Assembly (NCBI RefSeq): GCF_004010195.1
Contig: NC_057720.1
Location: 18,199,087-18,263,086 of the forward strand
DNA length: 64,000 bases
From: Chiloscyllium plagiosum
Taxonomy: Eukaryota
Reading direction: 5' to 3'
In this document: positions 13,227 to 27,060 of the stretch, piece by piece
Position numbering within the stretch: position 1 is the stretch's first letter
Layout: each line of letters begins with the position of its first letter
Program-made: the position numbers and the translations under genes
Notes under the pieces: model-generated
Databases searched by the model: none
What the model saw: the letters and a program-made list of their open reading frames with translations, nothing else
What the model was told of the DNA's origin: nothing

Positions 13227-13451
13227 CTTCATAACATTAAATAGAACCTCCTGTCCCAGGCTGTCTTTCTCTTTGAAAAAATCATGCTCTGGATACGTTC
13301 TAGCAATGTCTCTTCTTATAAGTTTTTCACATGGCGAGGTCATCTTCAATAACTCTGAATACTGGTCTTTAATAGGCATATTTTGAGCATTGCATAGTAG
13401 CTGCCACACGATAGCTCGAAAATGATGAGGAATCCCCTTTCGAACAAGTTC
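13227..13451 (-). CDS. EVI5: EVI5 exon (225 nt; start of TBC/Rab-GAP domain)
   Basis: ELVRKGIPHHFRAIVWQLLCNAQNMPIKDQYSELLKMTSPCEKLIRRDIARTYPEHDFFKEKDSLGQEVLFNVMK, containing the TBC IxxDxxR arginine finger. Acceptor CAG, donor GTAAAC, phase 0/0. Confidence 0.97.
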
Positions 13452-13914
13452 CTGAAAGGTACAGAAAATAATTTCAAAATCTCAGTTTGTGCTTTTTTTT
13501 TTGCTGGAAGTTTGTTTAACCTGGCTGTTGCACAGAGAGAGAAATTAGTGCTGTAATGTATTAGAATTTGTAACCCCTTAAGTTACAACCAAATAAATGG
13601 CTCAGCTTTCTAGGATTGTCAACGTGCTTTGTCCAATAAACATAACAGTTTCAGCTCTGAGAGGGTACAACAATACCAAAGCTGTAATAGCTATTGAAGA
13701 GTACTGTTATAACATTATTCCCAATAGCGTTGGAAAAATTATGGCAATATTAATAACAATGGTGCCAACTTGGAGACTGATACCTAAAATTGGTACAGAA
13801 CCAGCGTTATATTGACAGCTCAGAACACTCCCTGACCTGCACAACCTCGTTACCGACCAGCAATTTTCCTGACATCAACTGATTCCCGAACAGCTAACAT
13901 ATGAATTTTCTTAG

Positions 13915-14290
13915 TTTATGTCAGCTCAACTCATTTCGGAGAATATTTAGTTCTGAGACAAAGTTATGGATTCAAACCTCAACGTAGATGTGTTCACATA
14001 TTCCCTCTCACCTGACATTTCAATGCAGTACTGAAAGAGGGCTGTGTTGTCAGAAATGTAACCTGCGAGACGAAACATTAAGAACACCTGTCTATCAATT
14101 CAGGATCAGATTTCCAAGTTTTTATAGTGCTCTGTCCAACATTTTTCCCAACCTGATTATTTATTAATTTACTCTTTGCAGGGTCTTGCCGTGCACACAT
14201 GAACTGGTATGTTTGTTCCCTTAACAGTGACTGAATTTTTCATTGTAAATTGCCTTCGGCCATCCAAAGGAAATAAAAAGCAGTCTTGGA
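13915..14290 (+). mobile_element. Old DeuSINE-like (SacSINE1/AmnSINE1-related) copy
   Basis: caatgcagtactgaaagagggctgtgttgtcaga...gagacgaaacattaa...tcttgccgtgcacac...aacagtgact resembles the Deu domain and its L2-like tail. Confidence 0.6.
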
Positions 14291-15759
14291 GCAAATATTT
14301 GCGATAATGATGCATAATTTAAGGAAATTTACACTGGCATTTTTTTTTCCATATTCATTCATGGGCTGTGGGTGTCGCTGGCTGGCCAGCAGTTATTGGC
14401 CCCCTCAGTTGCCCTTGAGAAGGCAGTGGGAATGTCAGCATTAAGACATTATTGTGGTTTAATTTTCATGAATCCAAGCAAAATGTATTATATCTCTAAG
14501 GATAGCCAAAGTAACTTTAAATGAAAACCTTTTCGAAAGCAAATACGAAGCACATCATCAATTCTACAATCAACCTAACAAACAAGAGTCAAAGTAAATT
14601 GTCCGTAAATAAAAAAGGGGCCTTTTAACTGCCAAATCAATGCTGACTCACATTTCTTAACAATTTCACTATCTTACAGTTTGAACTCATAAAACTGGAT
14701 CCTGTTTGTTGTCTATTATTCCAATCAACTCTACAATAATTACATTAATCATATCAATATTTGGATTAGTGTCAGGTTAATTACTTCATCACATTGGCAG
14801 AGCAATAATGTTATTACTATGAAACGATCTTATTCTCAGTTGTCAATTAACTATTTTTTATAGTGAAAAAAAATTGAAACACTTGGTAATTAAAGGGTTA
14901 TTCATTACACCACAGCATGCAGTGGAAATGTAGGTCATTCATTACTTGTGATTGGCTCAAAACCCTGGAGTTCATCCCAAATAGCAAAACAGTGGAAATG
15001 TTTAGGAAATGGCTCTCAAAGGTAATCTGGGGTTGATGCACACACATCCCAGAAACTAATATTAAAATTTATAGATTTGACTGCAATGTTTGGACAAGCT
15101 ATATTGTATTTCACATGAACTTTCATGACATCAAAACTCCTCATATGCAGAACAGAGTGGTTGCTCATGCATGTTGGTGAGCAGGCAACTTTTTTTTTGT
15201 CAGAAGAAAATTAGAAGTCGAAAGCCCAGTTTGTAATAGTTTCAAGAAATGAACTTTTTGAGTTGGTACTTAGCTCGTATCTCCAAGCAATGAAATCTTA
15301 CATCTGTTTCTTAGAGTCATTTTACATTGACAGGTTGGTTTGCCTCCTATTCAAAGAAATCTTTCAGGTTGGGTATCATTAGATTGGACTTGGATGTGAA
15401 ATGGAGAGTAATTTACTGAACTTGTGGAAATGCAAGGACTAGATCATGGTATTCACTTACTGATTTCTTAATATGTCGGTCTTTTCCATACACCATAGCA
15501 TAATCAAATTGGGAAGTTTACAATAAACAGTGCAGTCAATGGAGGCAAACTCAAAACTTTCACTGCCTTGTGCCCAAATTGATACTGTTAGTTTAATCAG
15601 TACAAAACTTGTTTGTATCAACTCAAAAGTAGTATTTTTATAGTTGGAACTTTTCCAAGCCCAGCAATGCATCACTCCCAATCCTTATTAAGTGGAACAC
15701 CCCCAAATCAAATCTCTTCCAGACAGAATGAACAAATTCAAAGCAGGAGCTCCACAAGC

Positions 15760-15915
15760 CTTACTCCCCCTAGCCCCACCCCCTCCCATTAATCTCTCAG
15801 CATCCCTGGACCGCAAGCCCCATTCCTGATGAAGGGCTTAAGCCCGAAACATCAATTCTCCTGCTCCTCAGATGCTGCCTGACCTGCTATTGTTTTTCAG
15901 CACTACACACTTGGC
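15760..15915 (+). repeat. Penelope-derived terminal repeat with hammerhead core
   Basis: CTGATGA (15826) a gggc-ttaa-gccc GAAAC ATC, then ctgctcctcagatgctgcctgacctgct. Confidence 0.75.
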
Positions 15916-16898
15916 TACTCCTAATATCAGCATCAAATTATAAGTAAATTTGTTTTCCTGTTAAAAATTGCAATTGTTCCAGGTTTTGCGATTGTTTTAC
16001 TGATAACAGTCTGAAGATGAGTGGAAGGGATATAGCCTTAAAGTGAAGCTCACTGAAGCTTACTTCACGATTTAATCAGATAATGGCTAAACTGTATCTC
16101 AATGCCATTTTCCCAATACAGCACTTCATCTTTTTTGTTAACCTTATCAAAGATCCAACTTCAGTCAAGAAAATTCAACCCAAATTCCAAAGCTTTTTGC
16201 ATGGGAGAGGTCCATATTTCCAACACCATTTGTTTGAAAAGTAGTTTAATATATTACTTCTATTTGAACATACTCAGATTGTAAAACTGTGTCCCTTGTC
16301 CTCAAGTCTGGCACAAAAGAAAATAGCACCCTGTTACAAAACTTCTGAATCTTTGACCATTTTAAATATTCTGAATTGATTGTCTTAAACATTTCAAACA
16401 ATATGCAGAATGAGATAATCAGTCTTCGTAAATTATTTTGAGATCGTTGTGCACTGCACACGTTGGAAACAAACTACAATGGTCATTAACCAAATACCAT
16501 TTATATGGGTGCTTTATCAATGAAGGAAATCAGCAGAACATCATAGCCACACGTTATCCTAGATTTAAGAATGAGGCTGCACACATTGGTCTACACTGCA
16601 TGTCAGAATAGCTGAGGTAATAATATTAAATGCCTACTTCCATCAGATCTTCAGTTGTTGCTATGACCACATGCTCAACAGAATTTAAATGATATTTACT
16701 GCTTGTCAAAGATCAGCAGTAGCATTCAACACCACGGAACAGTGATGTTTCGATAGTGCAACAAACGGACTGTACAAAGAGATAAATTCTGAAGTTAAAA
16801 CATAGCTCCTTTTTCGAAAAGCTACCCAATAGTCTTTGTACCCTACCATTGAAAACATCAGGAAAATAGTAAAAGCACCACTGGTTTCTGGTCCTTAC

Positions 16899-17088
16899 CC
16901 TCATCTGCTTCTCTTTCTTTTTCCGTACATCATCCCACTCGTTCACAATTCTTCCCCAGAGGATCCAGGAATCTTCTTCCAGGTGGCTTAGATTACTTGA
17001 AGCAGAAGAACTAGATACCAATGAAGATCCACTATTTCGGCGAGATCCATTTACAGATTTCAAAGACTTGCTATCAGTCTCCAAAAGC
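16899..17088 (-). CDS. EVI5: EVI5 exon (190 nt)
   Basis: (R)LLETDSKSLKSVNGSRRNSGSSLVSSSSASSNLSHLEEDSWILWGRIVNEWDDVRKKKEKQMR. Acceptor CAG at 17091-17089, donor GTAAGG. Completes the AG|G Arg codon from the previous exon. Confidence 0.97.
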
Positions 17089-18221
17089 CTGCACCAAAAC
17101 ATTGAGTCTTTTAAATGAAAGTGAAGTAAATATCAGATTATGCTACTAAAGGCAGAGACGCATAACCATTGCAGTGAAGTAGTATCTGTTTTGCCATTTC
17201 TATAATTCAATTTAATTACTAAAGCAAAGTGAATGGTTAAGGAATATAGTTTTTATGATATCAAGAGGTCACTGCAATAACCAAGGGAGCTACATTTTAC
17301 ATTGTGTGGCAAGTCTTGCTGATGAAGTATCCAATTTTTCTGTTCTTTTAAATCCTATTTTAGTCTTAGCCTGAGTGAGTCATTCTTAATTAATGCTGGG
17401 AGATGTCTGAGCAACTTAAGGCAACAGCAGGGAAAATAAACCAGCACAGAAAGTTGCATTAAAAAGGTAATAAAAAGTTGACGAGTTGGATGCCAATTCT
17501 TCTGTAATTCATTATACTATAAAAATATATTTATTCTTGGCCCTATAAATCTGACGAAAATAATTTTTCCTATTCAATTACATCTGCAGCGCTGTCAGCC
17601 CCAGCAAAATAATTTAGAGGGAGATTTGCAATCAAGATAAAGTTGCCTGGACAGATTTAAGCTTGATTACCTGAGTTTTTGTTTCTAATGATGTTTGCTC
17701 TAGAATGGTTATTGCACACAGATAGTTGGTCAGAAAAAAGACATCTGAAGGATGAGCAAACTTTCAAGTATAGAGGCTCATAACATTGCAGTTCAATTGT
17801 CAGTGATGTCAGACGTTCCTTAAAACATTTTTCTGTGCATTTCTGATTATAGGATTGTAAAAGCACTGACAGGAAAGCATCAAGTACAATTTATTATTTT
17901 GATTTATGAAATCAAAACAATTTAAGCTATGTATTTTAATGCAATTTTCACAGGAAAAGTAACACATTTACATTCATCGAAATGGGGTGACACACACTCT
18001 CCTGTTCCCACACTCGTTTTGCGATCCAGGAACTTAAGACTCAGCATGAACCATGCCACTGTACAGCTAGCAATCTATGAAAAACATTTTGTGTATTCAT
18101 TATAGTTTAAAAAGCGATAAAGATATACAACAAAAAAGTAAGAGAAATCTACCAACACTTTCCAGAGAAAAAGGATGCAACAAATAGATATAGATCAGTC
18201 GAGTAACTGAGCAAAGATATA

Positions 18222-18585
18222 GGGGAGATGGTAGCATAGTGGCAATATTATCATAATAGTAACCCAGAGGCCCTGAATAATACTCTGGTGATAGGTTCTT
18301 ACATGGCAGACAGCAAACTTTCATTCAATAAAACAGTCTGCAATTAAAATGTTAAGTACTGTTAAATGCTAACCCGCTGTTGACTGCCATATAAACTCAG
18401 ATGATTCACTATGGTCCTTTAGGAAAAAGAAACTACTGTCCTTACCTAGTCTGCTCCATATGTGGCTCTAAACAGAGAGCAATTAATTGTCCCTCGAACT
18501 GAGTAGCTTTTTAGGGCCATAAATTGGATGGGCAACAAATGCTGGTCCATTCAAATGCACCCACATCCCATCAATGAATTACAGA
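18222..18585 (+). mobile_element. tRNA-derived SINE (same family as 5062)
   Basis: ggggagatggtagcatagtggc head; ttcactatggtcctttagg...gtccttacctagtctg core; gggcaacaaatgctgg...cacatcccatcaatgaat tail. Confidence 0.7.
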
Positions 18586-18643
18586 CAAAAATAATTTGGG
18601 AAAATATGAAATTGCCTTTCTGGTAGTTAAAATAAAAAGCATA

Positions 18644-20534
18644 CAGGTCATTCCGCTATAACGTACATTCCGTTAATACGAATTCGCTATAACACAATTG
18701 ACAAGTTGGGTCACTGTTTCTAAAGCGTGAACTTTTAAAGCATGTATTAGTAATAAGACCATAAGACATAAGAGTGGAAGTAAGGTCATTCAACCCATCG
18801 AGTCCACTCTGCCATTCAATTATGGCTTATGGGCATTTCAATGCCACTTACCTGCACTCTCCCCATATCGCTTAATTCCTTGCAAAATTAAGAATTTATT
18901 GACCTCTGCCTTGAAGACATTTAATGTCACAGCCTCCACTACGCTCCGTGGCAATGAATTCCACAGGCCCACCACTCTCTGACTGAAGAAATGTCTCCTC
19001 ATTTCAGTTTTAAATTGACCCCCTCTAATTCTAAGGCTGTGTCCACGGGTCTGAGTATCCCCACCTGACGGAAACAACTTCCCCATGCATTATCTTCTAA
19101 GTTTCTATTGGATCTCCTCTCAACCTTCTAAACTCTAACGAATACAATCCCAGGATCCTCAGCTGTTAATCATACATTAGGCCTACCATTCCAAGGATCA
19201 TCCATGTGAATCTCCGCTGGACACACTCCAGTGCCTGTATGTCCTTCCTGAGGTGTGGGGCCCAAAACTGGACACAGTATTCTAAATGGGGCTTAACTAG
19301 AGCTTTGGAAAGTCTCAGTAGCACATCGCTGCTTTTACATTCCGATCCTCTTGAGATAAATGACAACATTATATTTGCTTTCTTAACCACAGATTCAACT
19401 GCAAGTCAACCTTGAGAGAATCCTGGACTAGCACTCTCAAATCCTGCTGTACTTTGGCTTTAGGAATTTTCTGACCGTTTTAAAAATAGTCCATGCCTGT
19501 ATTCTTTTTTCCAATGTGCAAGACCTCACATTTGCTCACATTGAATTTCATCAACCATTTCCTGGACCAATCTTCTAAACTATCTAAATCTTTCTGCAGC
19601 CTCCCCATCTCCTCAGAACTACTTGCCTGTCCGCCTAACTTCGCATTATCAGCAAACGTCGCCAAAATGCCCTCAGTTCCTTGATCCGGGTCATTTATAT
19701 ATAAAGTGAACAGCTGCGGCCCCAACACTTCCCTGCGGGAAGCTTTTATCCCAACTCTCTCCCTTCTGTCAGACAGCCAATTCTTAATCCATACCAGTAG
19801 CTCATCTCAAGCACCATTGGCCCTCACCTTACTCAGCAGCCTGCTGTGAGGCACCATATCAAAGGCCTTTTGGGAGTCAAGGTAGAGAACATCCGCTGGG
19901 TTTCCCTTATCTAACATACTTGTTACCTCTTCAAAGAATTCCAACAGGCTTGTCAGGCACAACCTCCCTTACTAAATCCATGCTGACTTGTTCTAATCTG
20001 ACCTTGTACTTCCAAGAATTTAGAAATCTCATCCTTTACTTGGTTTCTAGAATTTTACTTACAACTGAGGTTAGGCTAATCGGCCTGTAATTTTCCATCT
20101 TTAGTATTGATCTTTTCTTGAACATGTGGGTTACAACAGTGATTTTCCAATCTTCTGGGACTTTCCCAGACTCCAATGATTTTTGAAAGATTACAACCAA
20201 TGCCTCTGCTATTTCTTCAGCCACCTCCCTCAGAACTCGAGGATGCAGCCCAGCCAGGCCAGGAGATTTGTCAATTTTTAGACCTTGTCGCTTTTCTAGC
20301 ACTTTCTCTTTTGTAATGGCTCCAATACTCAACTCTGTCCCTTGACTCTCCGTAATTGTTGGGAATTACTCATGTCTTCCACCGTGAAGACTGACACAAA
20401 GCATTTATTAAGTTCTTACACAATTAGGTTATAACACGATTCTGGTCCCATTGGCTTAAATGGTGTTGATATTATTTTCTTATAACACTGGATTGCATAA
20501 GAATGAAACTAACGCGTTATAGCAGAACCGACTG
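18644..20534. mobile_element. Tigger/pogo-like non-autonomous DNA transposon split by a CR1
   Basis: Imperfect terminal inverted repeats TA|caggtcattccgctataacg and cgttatagcagaaccgactg|TA with TA target duplication, plus repeated internal tataac motifs. Confidence 0.7.
18753..20417 (-). mobile_element. CR1 LINE ORF2 (RT to 3' tail), frameshifted
   Basis: KSPGLAGLHPRVLREV, NYRPISLTSVV, LGPQLFTLYIND, FADNAKLGG, PHLEYCVQFWAP; (tcttatg)n tail at about 18753-18772. Confidence 0.93.
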
Positions 20535-20964
20535 TATTATCTAAATACTGAGCTTGAAGAGATAGAGGAATCGAGATGCCCTTGTGCATGAATCGTAAAA
20601 GATTAGTACATGGGTACAGCAAATAACTAGGAGCGCCCTTGTGACTTAATGCAAGGGAAATTGAATACAAAAGAGTAGAGAAACCGAACTTCAATTTTAC
20701 AGTGTCCTGGTGAGACTACATTCGAAATAATGTGTAAAGGATTGACCATCTTATTTGACAAAGAAAGGATGCAAGTTAGTTTTAAATCTGAGCTAGATAA
20801 CTTTTCACTAATCAAAGAAATTAAATGATATGGTCAAAGACAGGTATATGGAGTTAGGCCACAGAACAGCCATGACATCATAAAATAACAAACAGGCTTT
20901 TGGGTCTGAATGTCATGTTCCTATGTTCTTATGTAAACATGTTGGAAGCTAAGAGAAGGTTTGA

Positions 20965-21560
20965 GACAAAAAAAACTATAGTTGCTGGAATCCAAAGTAG
21001 GCAAGCAGAAGGCTGGAAGAACACAGCAAGCCAGGTAGCATCTTGAGATGGAGAAGTTGACATTTCGGGTATAACGCTTCTTCAGGAATGCAGGTGGGGA
21101 TAGAGGGGAAGGTTATGGGTGGTGAGAGGGCCAGAGTGGCAAGGTAGTGAAAGGTGAATACAGGTGGTGAGTACGACCTGGTTGGTCATTAGGAGGAATG
21201 AATCCGGTTGGTAGCTGGAAAGAAGGGTTGGTAGGAGAAATGGAAGGGAGGTGGTGGGGCTGAAAAGCGAGTCCAGGGATGAGTGGGAAAGTTATTTGAA
21301 ATTGGAGAATTCAATCTTGAATCCTCAGGGCTGTAGGCTGTCCAAGCTGAAGATAAGGTGTTGTTCCTCCAATTTATGGTCTGATTCACTGTAGTAATGG
21401 ATGAGGCCGAGGATGGACATGTTGGAGGGGGAGTGGGAAGGGGAATTGAAAATGGACGGTGACCGGGAGGTCAGGCTGGCCCTTATGGCCTGGCTGAAAT
21501 TATCAGCAAAACGCTCCCTTAGTTTGTGTTTGGTCAAATCGAAGTAGAGAAGATATGGTA
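20965..21560 (-). mobile_element. Penelope-like element 3' part (GIY-YIG C-terminus and terminal repeat)
   Basis: KLRERFAD...FNSPSHS...KLEEQHLIFSLDSLQP, with a hammerhead-like CTGAAGA...GAAATGTC at about 21058-21086. Confidence 0.8.
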
Positions 21561-22109
21561 GCCCTGAGACTAGTTTTTCTTCTCGATGTATTATTGGATT
21601 TAAATTTTCCCCGCTGCTGTGGTGGGATTTGAACCAGTGGACCATTAATTAGATTACCTTCCACTAACATTATTCATTGTGTTACTGTTTCCATGCGAGT
21701 CTTTTATGTAAAACCTTCTCTAATGTCACATGATGTCCTGATGGTAACAATAATATATATTTTAGGCTGAACATCTTTTCTATTCACATACTGGTGCAGA
21801 ATCTAACTTTCAAATAAAATTTGCAGAAGTGGAATGGCATTGAAATTTGCACCATGCAACTCCTGAACTGAAGTACTAACAGTGACTATATTTCATCAAC
21901 AGTTCAATCAAATAAAATGTGTCAAACTACAAATTGTAAAATTCACGAAGGGATCTAGAGTAACAAGATGATAGTCTAACCTATGATTAAATTAGATTAC
22001 AGTATAGTAAAGAGAACTATGCTACAGATATTTTGAAATGTTACGAACTTAGTGATCAGGCACACCTGTATGGAAGTCCATCGCGGGATCAAACATGACA
22101 CTCAGCAGA

Positions 22110-22452
22110 AGCAATGGCCTCATGGTCTTATTGCTGGACTCTCAGCCCAGAGACCCAGATAATGTCCTGGGAACCCAGGTTTGAATCCTGCCACGGAAGA
22201 TGGTGGAATCCGAATTCAATAAATATCTGGAATCGAGAGTCTATCGTAACCAGGAATCCATTGTCAATTGTTGGAAAAACCCAACTGGTTCACTAATGTC
22301 CTTTAGGGAAGGAAACCACTGTCCTTACCTGGTCTGGCCTACATGTGAATCCAGACTCACAGCAATGTGGGTGATTCTGAAATGCCTGCTGGGGTGGGCA
22401 GAAAATGCTGGTTATCCAGCGACACCCTCATCCTGTGAACGAGTCAAAAAAA
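22110..22452 (+). mobile_element. tRNA-derived SINE (same family as 5062)
   Basis: ccagagacccag...ggtttgaatcc; ttcactaatgtcctttagggaagg...cttacctggtctggcctacatgtg; A-rich end. Confidence 0.75.
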
Positions 22453-22967
22453 AAGATCAGACTCGTTCAATCCCATTTTTGGCAGGGAAGGAGATAGTCA
22501 GTAGATAGGGATCAGAATTTGGAGTAGAGAACAAAAAAAGATTTCCCAACATTTAATTGAAGGAAAATTTTGCTCATCCAATACTGGTCGTCACTAAATG
22601 CTTAGGCAATCTAAAAATCAAGTAACAGAAAGAATCAAGAGAGGCAATGGTGAGATGGAGCTCAGTGTGATCAGCACAGTCTGTAAACTAATGGTGCTCT
22701 TTTGGATGCTATTGATAGGGCACAGCATGTAAATGAGAAATAAGTGGGAGACATGGATACAGTATTGGAGGATTCGAGAGTACAGTGCAGGAGTACGATG
22801 TAAAGCCTTTTAATAAACCAGCTGTGATTAGGCAGTTAAAGTGAAACCACCAGCTATTAAAAATAAAACAGTGTTTACATATTTTGGATGCCATGATTTT
22901 TACTGCCATGTTACTTACTTTAAGAACAATTAAACCAAATAACAAGCTATAGTGTGTGGCTTGCACT

Positions 22968-23612
22968 TCATAGAGTGATAGAGATGTACAGCATGGAAAC
23001 AGACCCTTCGGTCCAACCCGTCCATGCCGACCAGATATCCAAACCCAATCTAGTCCCACTTGCCAGCACCTGGCCCATATCCCTCCAAACCCTTCCTATT
23101 CATATACCCATCCAAGTGCCTCTTAAATGTTGCAATTGTACCAGCATCCACCACTTCCTCTGACAGCTCATTCCATACACGTGTGCAAACGTTGCTCCTT
23201 AGGTGCCTTTTACATCTTTCCCCTCTCACCCTAAACCTATGCTCTCTAGTTCTGGACTTCCCGACCCCAGGGAAAAGACTTTGCCTATTTATCCTATCCA
23301 CGCCCCTCATGATTTTGCAAACCTCTATAAAGTCACCCCTCAACCTCCGACGCTCCAGGAAATACAGCCCCAGCCTGTTCAGCCTCGCCCTTTAGCTCAA
23401 ATCCTCCAATCCTCGCAACATCCTTGTAAATCTTTTCTGAACCCTTTCAAGTTTCACAACATCTTTCCGATAGGAAGGAGACCAGAATTACATGCAATGC
23501 TCCAATAGTGGCCTAACCAACGTCCTGTAGAGCCGCAACATGATCTCCCAACTCCTGTATTCAATACTCTAAGCAATAAAAGAAAGCATACCAAACTCCT
23601 CCTTCACTATCC
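22968..23612 (-). mobile_element. CR1/HER1 LINE 3' part
   Basis: RGDFIEVCKIMRG...TREHRFRV...VWNEL. Close match to 2895-3545. Confidence 0.93.
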
Positions 23613-24034
23613 TGCTTTCAAATCCGACAGGTAATGCCACCTAGATAAACTGATGCAAGAGACATGACTTGGCAATGTGACATTAGCTGTGGGATAACTG
23701 CAAGATAAATGCATTTCCATGAAGATATTGAAATTTCCAAATGTGATGACATTGTATGAATGGTAACAAAAAGTGAAATGGATTCATGTGTTACTTTCTT
23801 AGGAGAGACTAATCTTGTTTTGTTACTTGTAATGATCCAATCCTCAAGGATAATTTCCACTCGCATCCTCTCCTTATTTAATTTTTGTTACAACTGAGTT
23901 TACTTCAGGTTAGACTGTAACTGCACAACTCAGCAGTCCACCCTTTCCCAATCACAAGCCCCAGTTCTGCATTGTACCTGACTTTCTAAGGGTCATATAA
24001 ACCCAACTGACAGAATTTAAAAATTTCAAAAGAT

Positions 24035-24335
24035 TTGGCATGGGACTCAGTAGTTAGCATCGGGGACCTGGGTTCGAATCCAGACTTAGGCAGCTGTCTG
24101 TGTTGTTCCTGTCTCTGCATGGGTTTCCTCCAGATGCTCCAGTTTCCTCCCACAGTCCAAAGATGCGCAGGTTAGGTGGATTAACCATGCTAAATTGCCC
24201 ATGGTGTCCAAGTATGTACAGGCTAGGTCAATCAGCTACGAGAAATGCAGGTTACAGAGATAGGATGGAGGAAGTCTGCTTGGGATGCTCTTTGATGGGC
24301 CAAATGGTCTGCTCCCACGCTGTAGGGATTCTATA
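24035..24335 (+). mobile_element. HE1-type SINE, diverged
   Basis: gggttcgaatcc B box; gggtttcctccagatgctccagtttcctcccacagtccaaagatg V domain. Confidence 0.82.
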
Positions 24336-24811
24336 AAGAGCAGGAAGGTAATCTGATTGAAATGTCTTGCCTATGAAAGCATGAAAAAAGCTCAAGACAA
24401 CTTGCAAAGTCCCATACATGTGTCACACCATGTTCTCGTACCCAGGCTGGCTTCCAATTACTTCATGTTTTAGTTTTGTAAATTCTCATACATATTTTCA
24501 AAATCCTTCCATGGCTTTATCCTTCCCTTTCTCTGCAATTTCCTCTTGCCTCAGAACCAACAACAGTACAACAGTAGATACAATTCAAAAGTACTTAATT
24601 AGCTGTAAAGCACTTTGAGATGTCCTGTGGCTGAGAAACAAGTCATACAAATGCAGTTCTCTTTTGTTAAACCCTCGAAGTAATCCCTGCTCCTCTAATT
24701 CTGGCACTACTAATTTTAAACGCTCCATCATTGTCATTCAAGGTGATGTGGGTGTCACTCACTAAGCCTGCAGTTAGTGTTCATCTCTAGTCACCCCTGA
24801 ATTGAGTTACT

Positions 24812-27060
24812 TAGAGTCATAGTCATACAGCAAGGAAACAAATCCTTTGGGCCAACTCACCAGCACCAACTCAACATCCCAATCTGACCGAGCCCCATTT
24901 GCCAACATTTGGTCCACATCTCTCCAAACCCTTCCTATTCATGTACCCATCCAGATGCATTTTAAATGTTGTAATTGTACCAGCCTCCAGCACTTCCTCT
25001 GCCAGTTCACTCCTTGTATTCACCATCCTCTGCATGGAAAAATATACCTCCCAGGTCCCTTTTAAATCTTTCCCCTCTCACCTTAAACCTATGAATTGAT
25101 TTGAATTGACTGTCACGTGTACCAAGGCACAGTGAAAAGCTGTGTCTTGTGAACAATACAGGCAGATCACATAGTTAAATAGCATAGATAAGTAAATAAT
25201 AGGTAAATCACAGCAAAACAAAAAACACAGGTACTGGCAAATGTTAAGAGTTTGAGTCTCCATTCAGTATTCTAACAACAGTAAGGTAGAAACTATTTCG
25301 AAACAGGCTGGTGCATGCGTTCAGGCTTCTGTACCTTCTCCATGATGGTAGAGGTTGTAGAAAAGCATTGCCAGGGTGGGATGAAGCTTTGGGAATGCTG
25401 GTGGCCTTTCCTCGACAGCAGGCCTGGTAGATGGATTCTATAGATGGGAGGTTGGCCTTTGTGATTGTCCAGGCCGAGTTCACCACTCTCTGTAACCTTC
25501 TCTGATCTTGAATGGTACAGTTGCCATTCCAGGGAAGAAACAGAATACTCTTGATGGCGCACCTATAAACGTTGGCAAGGATATTTGCCGCCATGTCAAA
25601 TTTTCTCAGCTGCCTGAGGAAAAGGAGACATTATTGGGCCTTTGTAACCAGTATGTCCACACAAAGAGTCCAAGAAAGCTTGTTGTGGATGAACACTCCC
25701 AGGAGCTTGACACTGTCCACTCATTCCACCTCTGTGCTGTTAATGTGTAGGGGGATAAAAGTAACGTCCCGCCAAAAGTCAATAAGGAGTTCTTGGTTTT
25801 GCTGGCATTGAGAGCTAGGTTATTCTCAGTGTACCATTTTTCCATGTCTTCGACCTCCTGTCTTTAGTCTGTTTCGTCGCCATCTGAGATTCGACCAACG
25901 ATGGTGGTGTCATCAATGAACTTGTAAATGACATTAGTCTGGTATTTGGTGACGCAGTCATGGGTATACAGCGAGTACAGTAGGAGGCTGAGTACACATC
26001 CCTGGGGGGCTCCAGTGTTGAGTGTTAGCGAGAATGAAATATGTCCTCTCGTTTTGGACTCCCCTACCCTGAGGAAAAGACTTTGACTATTCATCATATC
26101 CATACCCCTCGTGATTTTATCAACCTCTAAGATCACCCCTCAGCCTCCAACATGCCAGGGAAAAAACCCCAGCCCATTCAGCGTCTCCCGAGAAATCAAA
26201 ACTTCTAGTCCCAGCAACATCCTTCTAAATCTTTTCTGCACCCTCTCAAATATAACAATATCCTTCCTATAGGACTGTGACTAGAATTGTGCACAGTATT
26301 TTACAAGTGTCCTCACCAATGTCTTATTCAGCTGGAGCATGTCCTCCCAACTCCTTTACTCAATATTCGGACCAATGAAGGCAAGCATGCCAAATGCCTT
26401 CTTCACCATCCTGTCTAATTGGAACTCCACTTTTAAGGAACAATGCACCTGCACGCCTCTGTCTCTTTGTTTGGCAACACTCCACAGGGCTCAATTAAGT
26501 GGATAAGTCCTGCCCTGTTTGCCTTATCAAAATACAACACCTCACATTTATCCAAATTAAACTTCATTTGCCGCTCTTCGGCCCATGGGATTAAGGTCAC
26601 GTTGCACTCAGATAACCTTTTACATTTGTCATCTGCAAACCTACTAAACATACCTATATTCACATTCAAACCATTTATATAAATGATGAAAAGTAATGGA
26701 TTCAGTTGCGATCCTTGTGGCACACCACTGGTCACAGGCCTCCAGTTCAAAAAAACAATCCTCCACCACCACCACCCTCTGTCTCCTACCTACAAGATAA
26801 TTTTGTATCCAATCGACAAGTGCCTCCTGATCCCACGTAATCTAATCTTACTAACCAGTCTATCATGTTGATTCTTGTTGAACGATTTGCTGAAGTGCAT
26901 ATCGGCAACGTTGAATGTTCCACCTTCAATCTTCTTGGTCAACTCTTCAAAAAAACTCAATCAAATTAGTGATACATGATTTCCCAGGCACAAAAATCAG
27001 TAATTGCATGCCTTTCAAATGCATGTAAATCCTGTCCCTCAGAATCTTCTTCCAACAACA
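24812..27060 (-). mobile_element. CR1 LINE interrupted by a Rex/Babar element
   Basis: 3' tail at about 24815. The CR1 sequence ccttaaacctatg|tcctctcgttttggactcc is split at 25093/26044. RT motifs WRPVTSGVPQGS and FADD. Confidence 0.88.
25094..26040 (-). mobile_element. Rex1/Babar-type non-LTR retrotransposon 3' part
   Basis: LTLNTGAPQGCVLSLLLYSLYTHDCV...KFIDDTTIVG, WYTENNLALNASKTK, LPSWRRYRSL...FRNSFY; aataaa-like and (aattc) tail. Confidence 0.88.
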
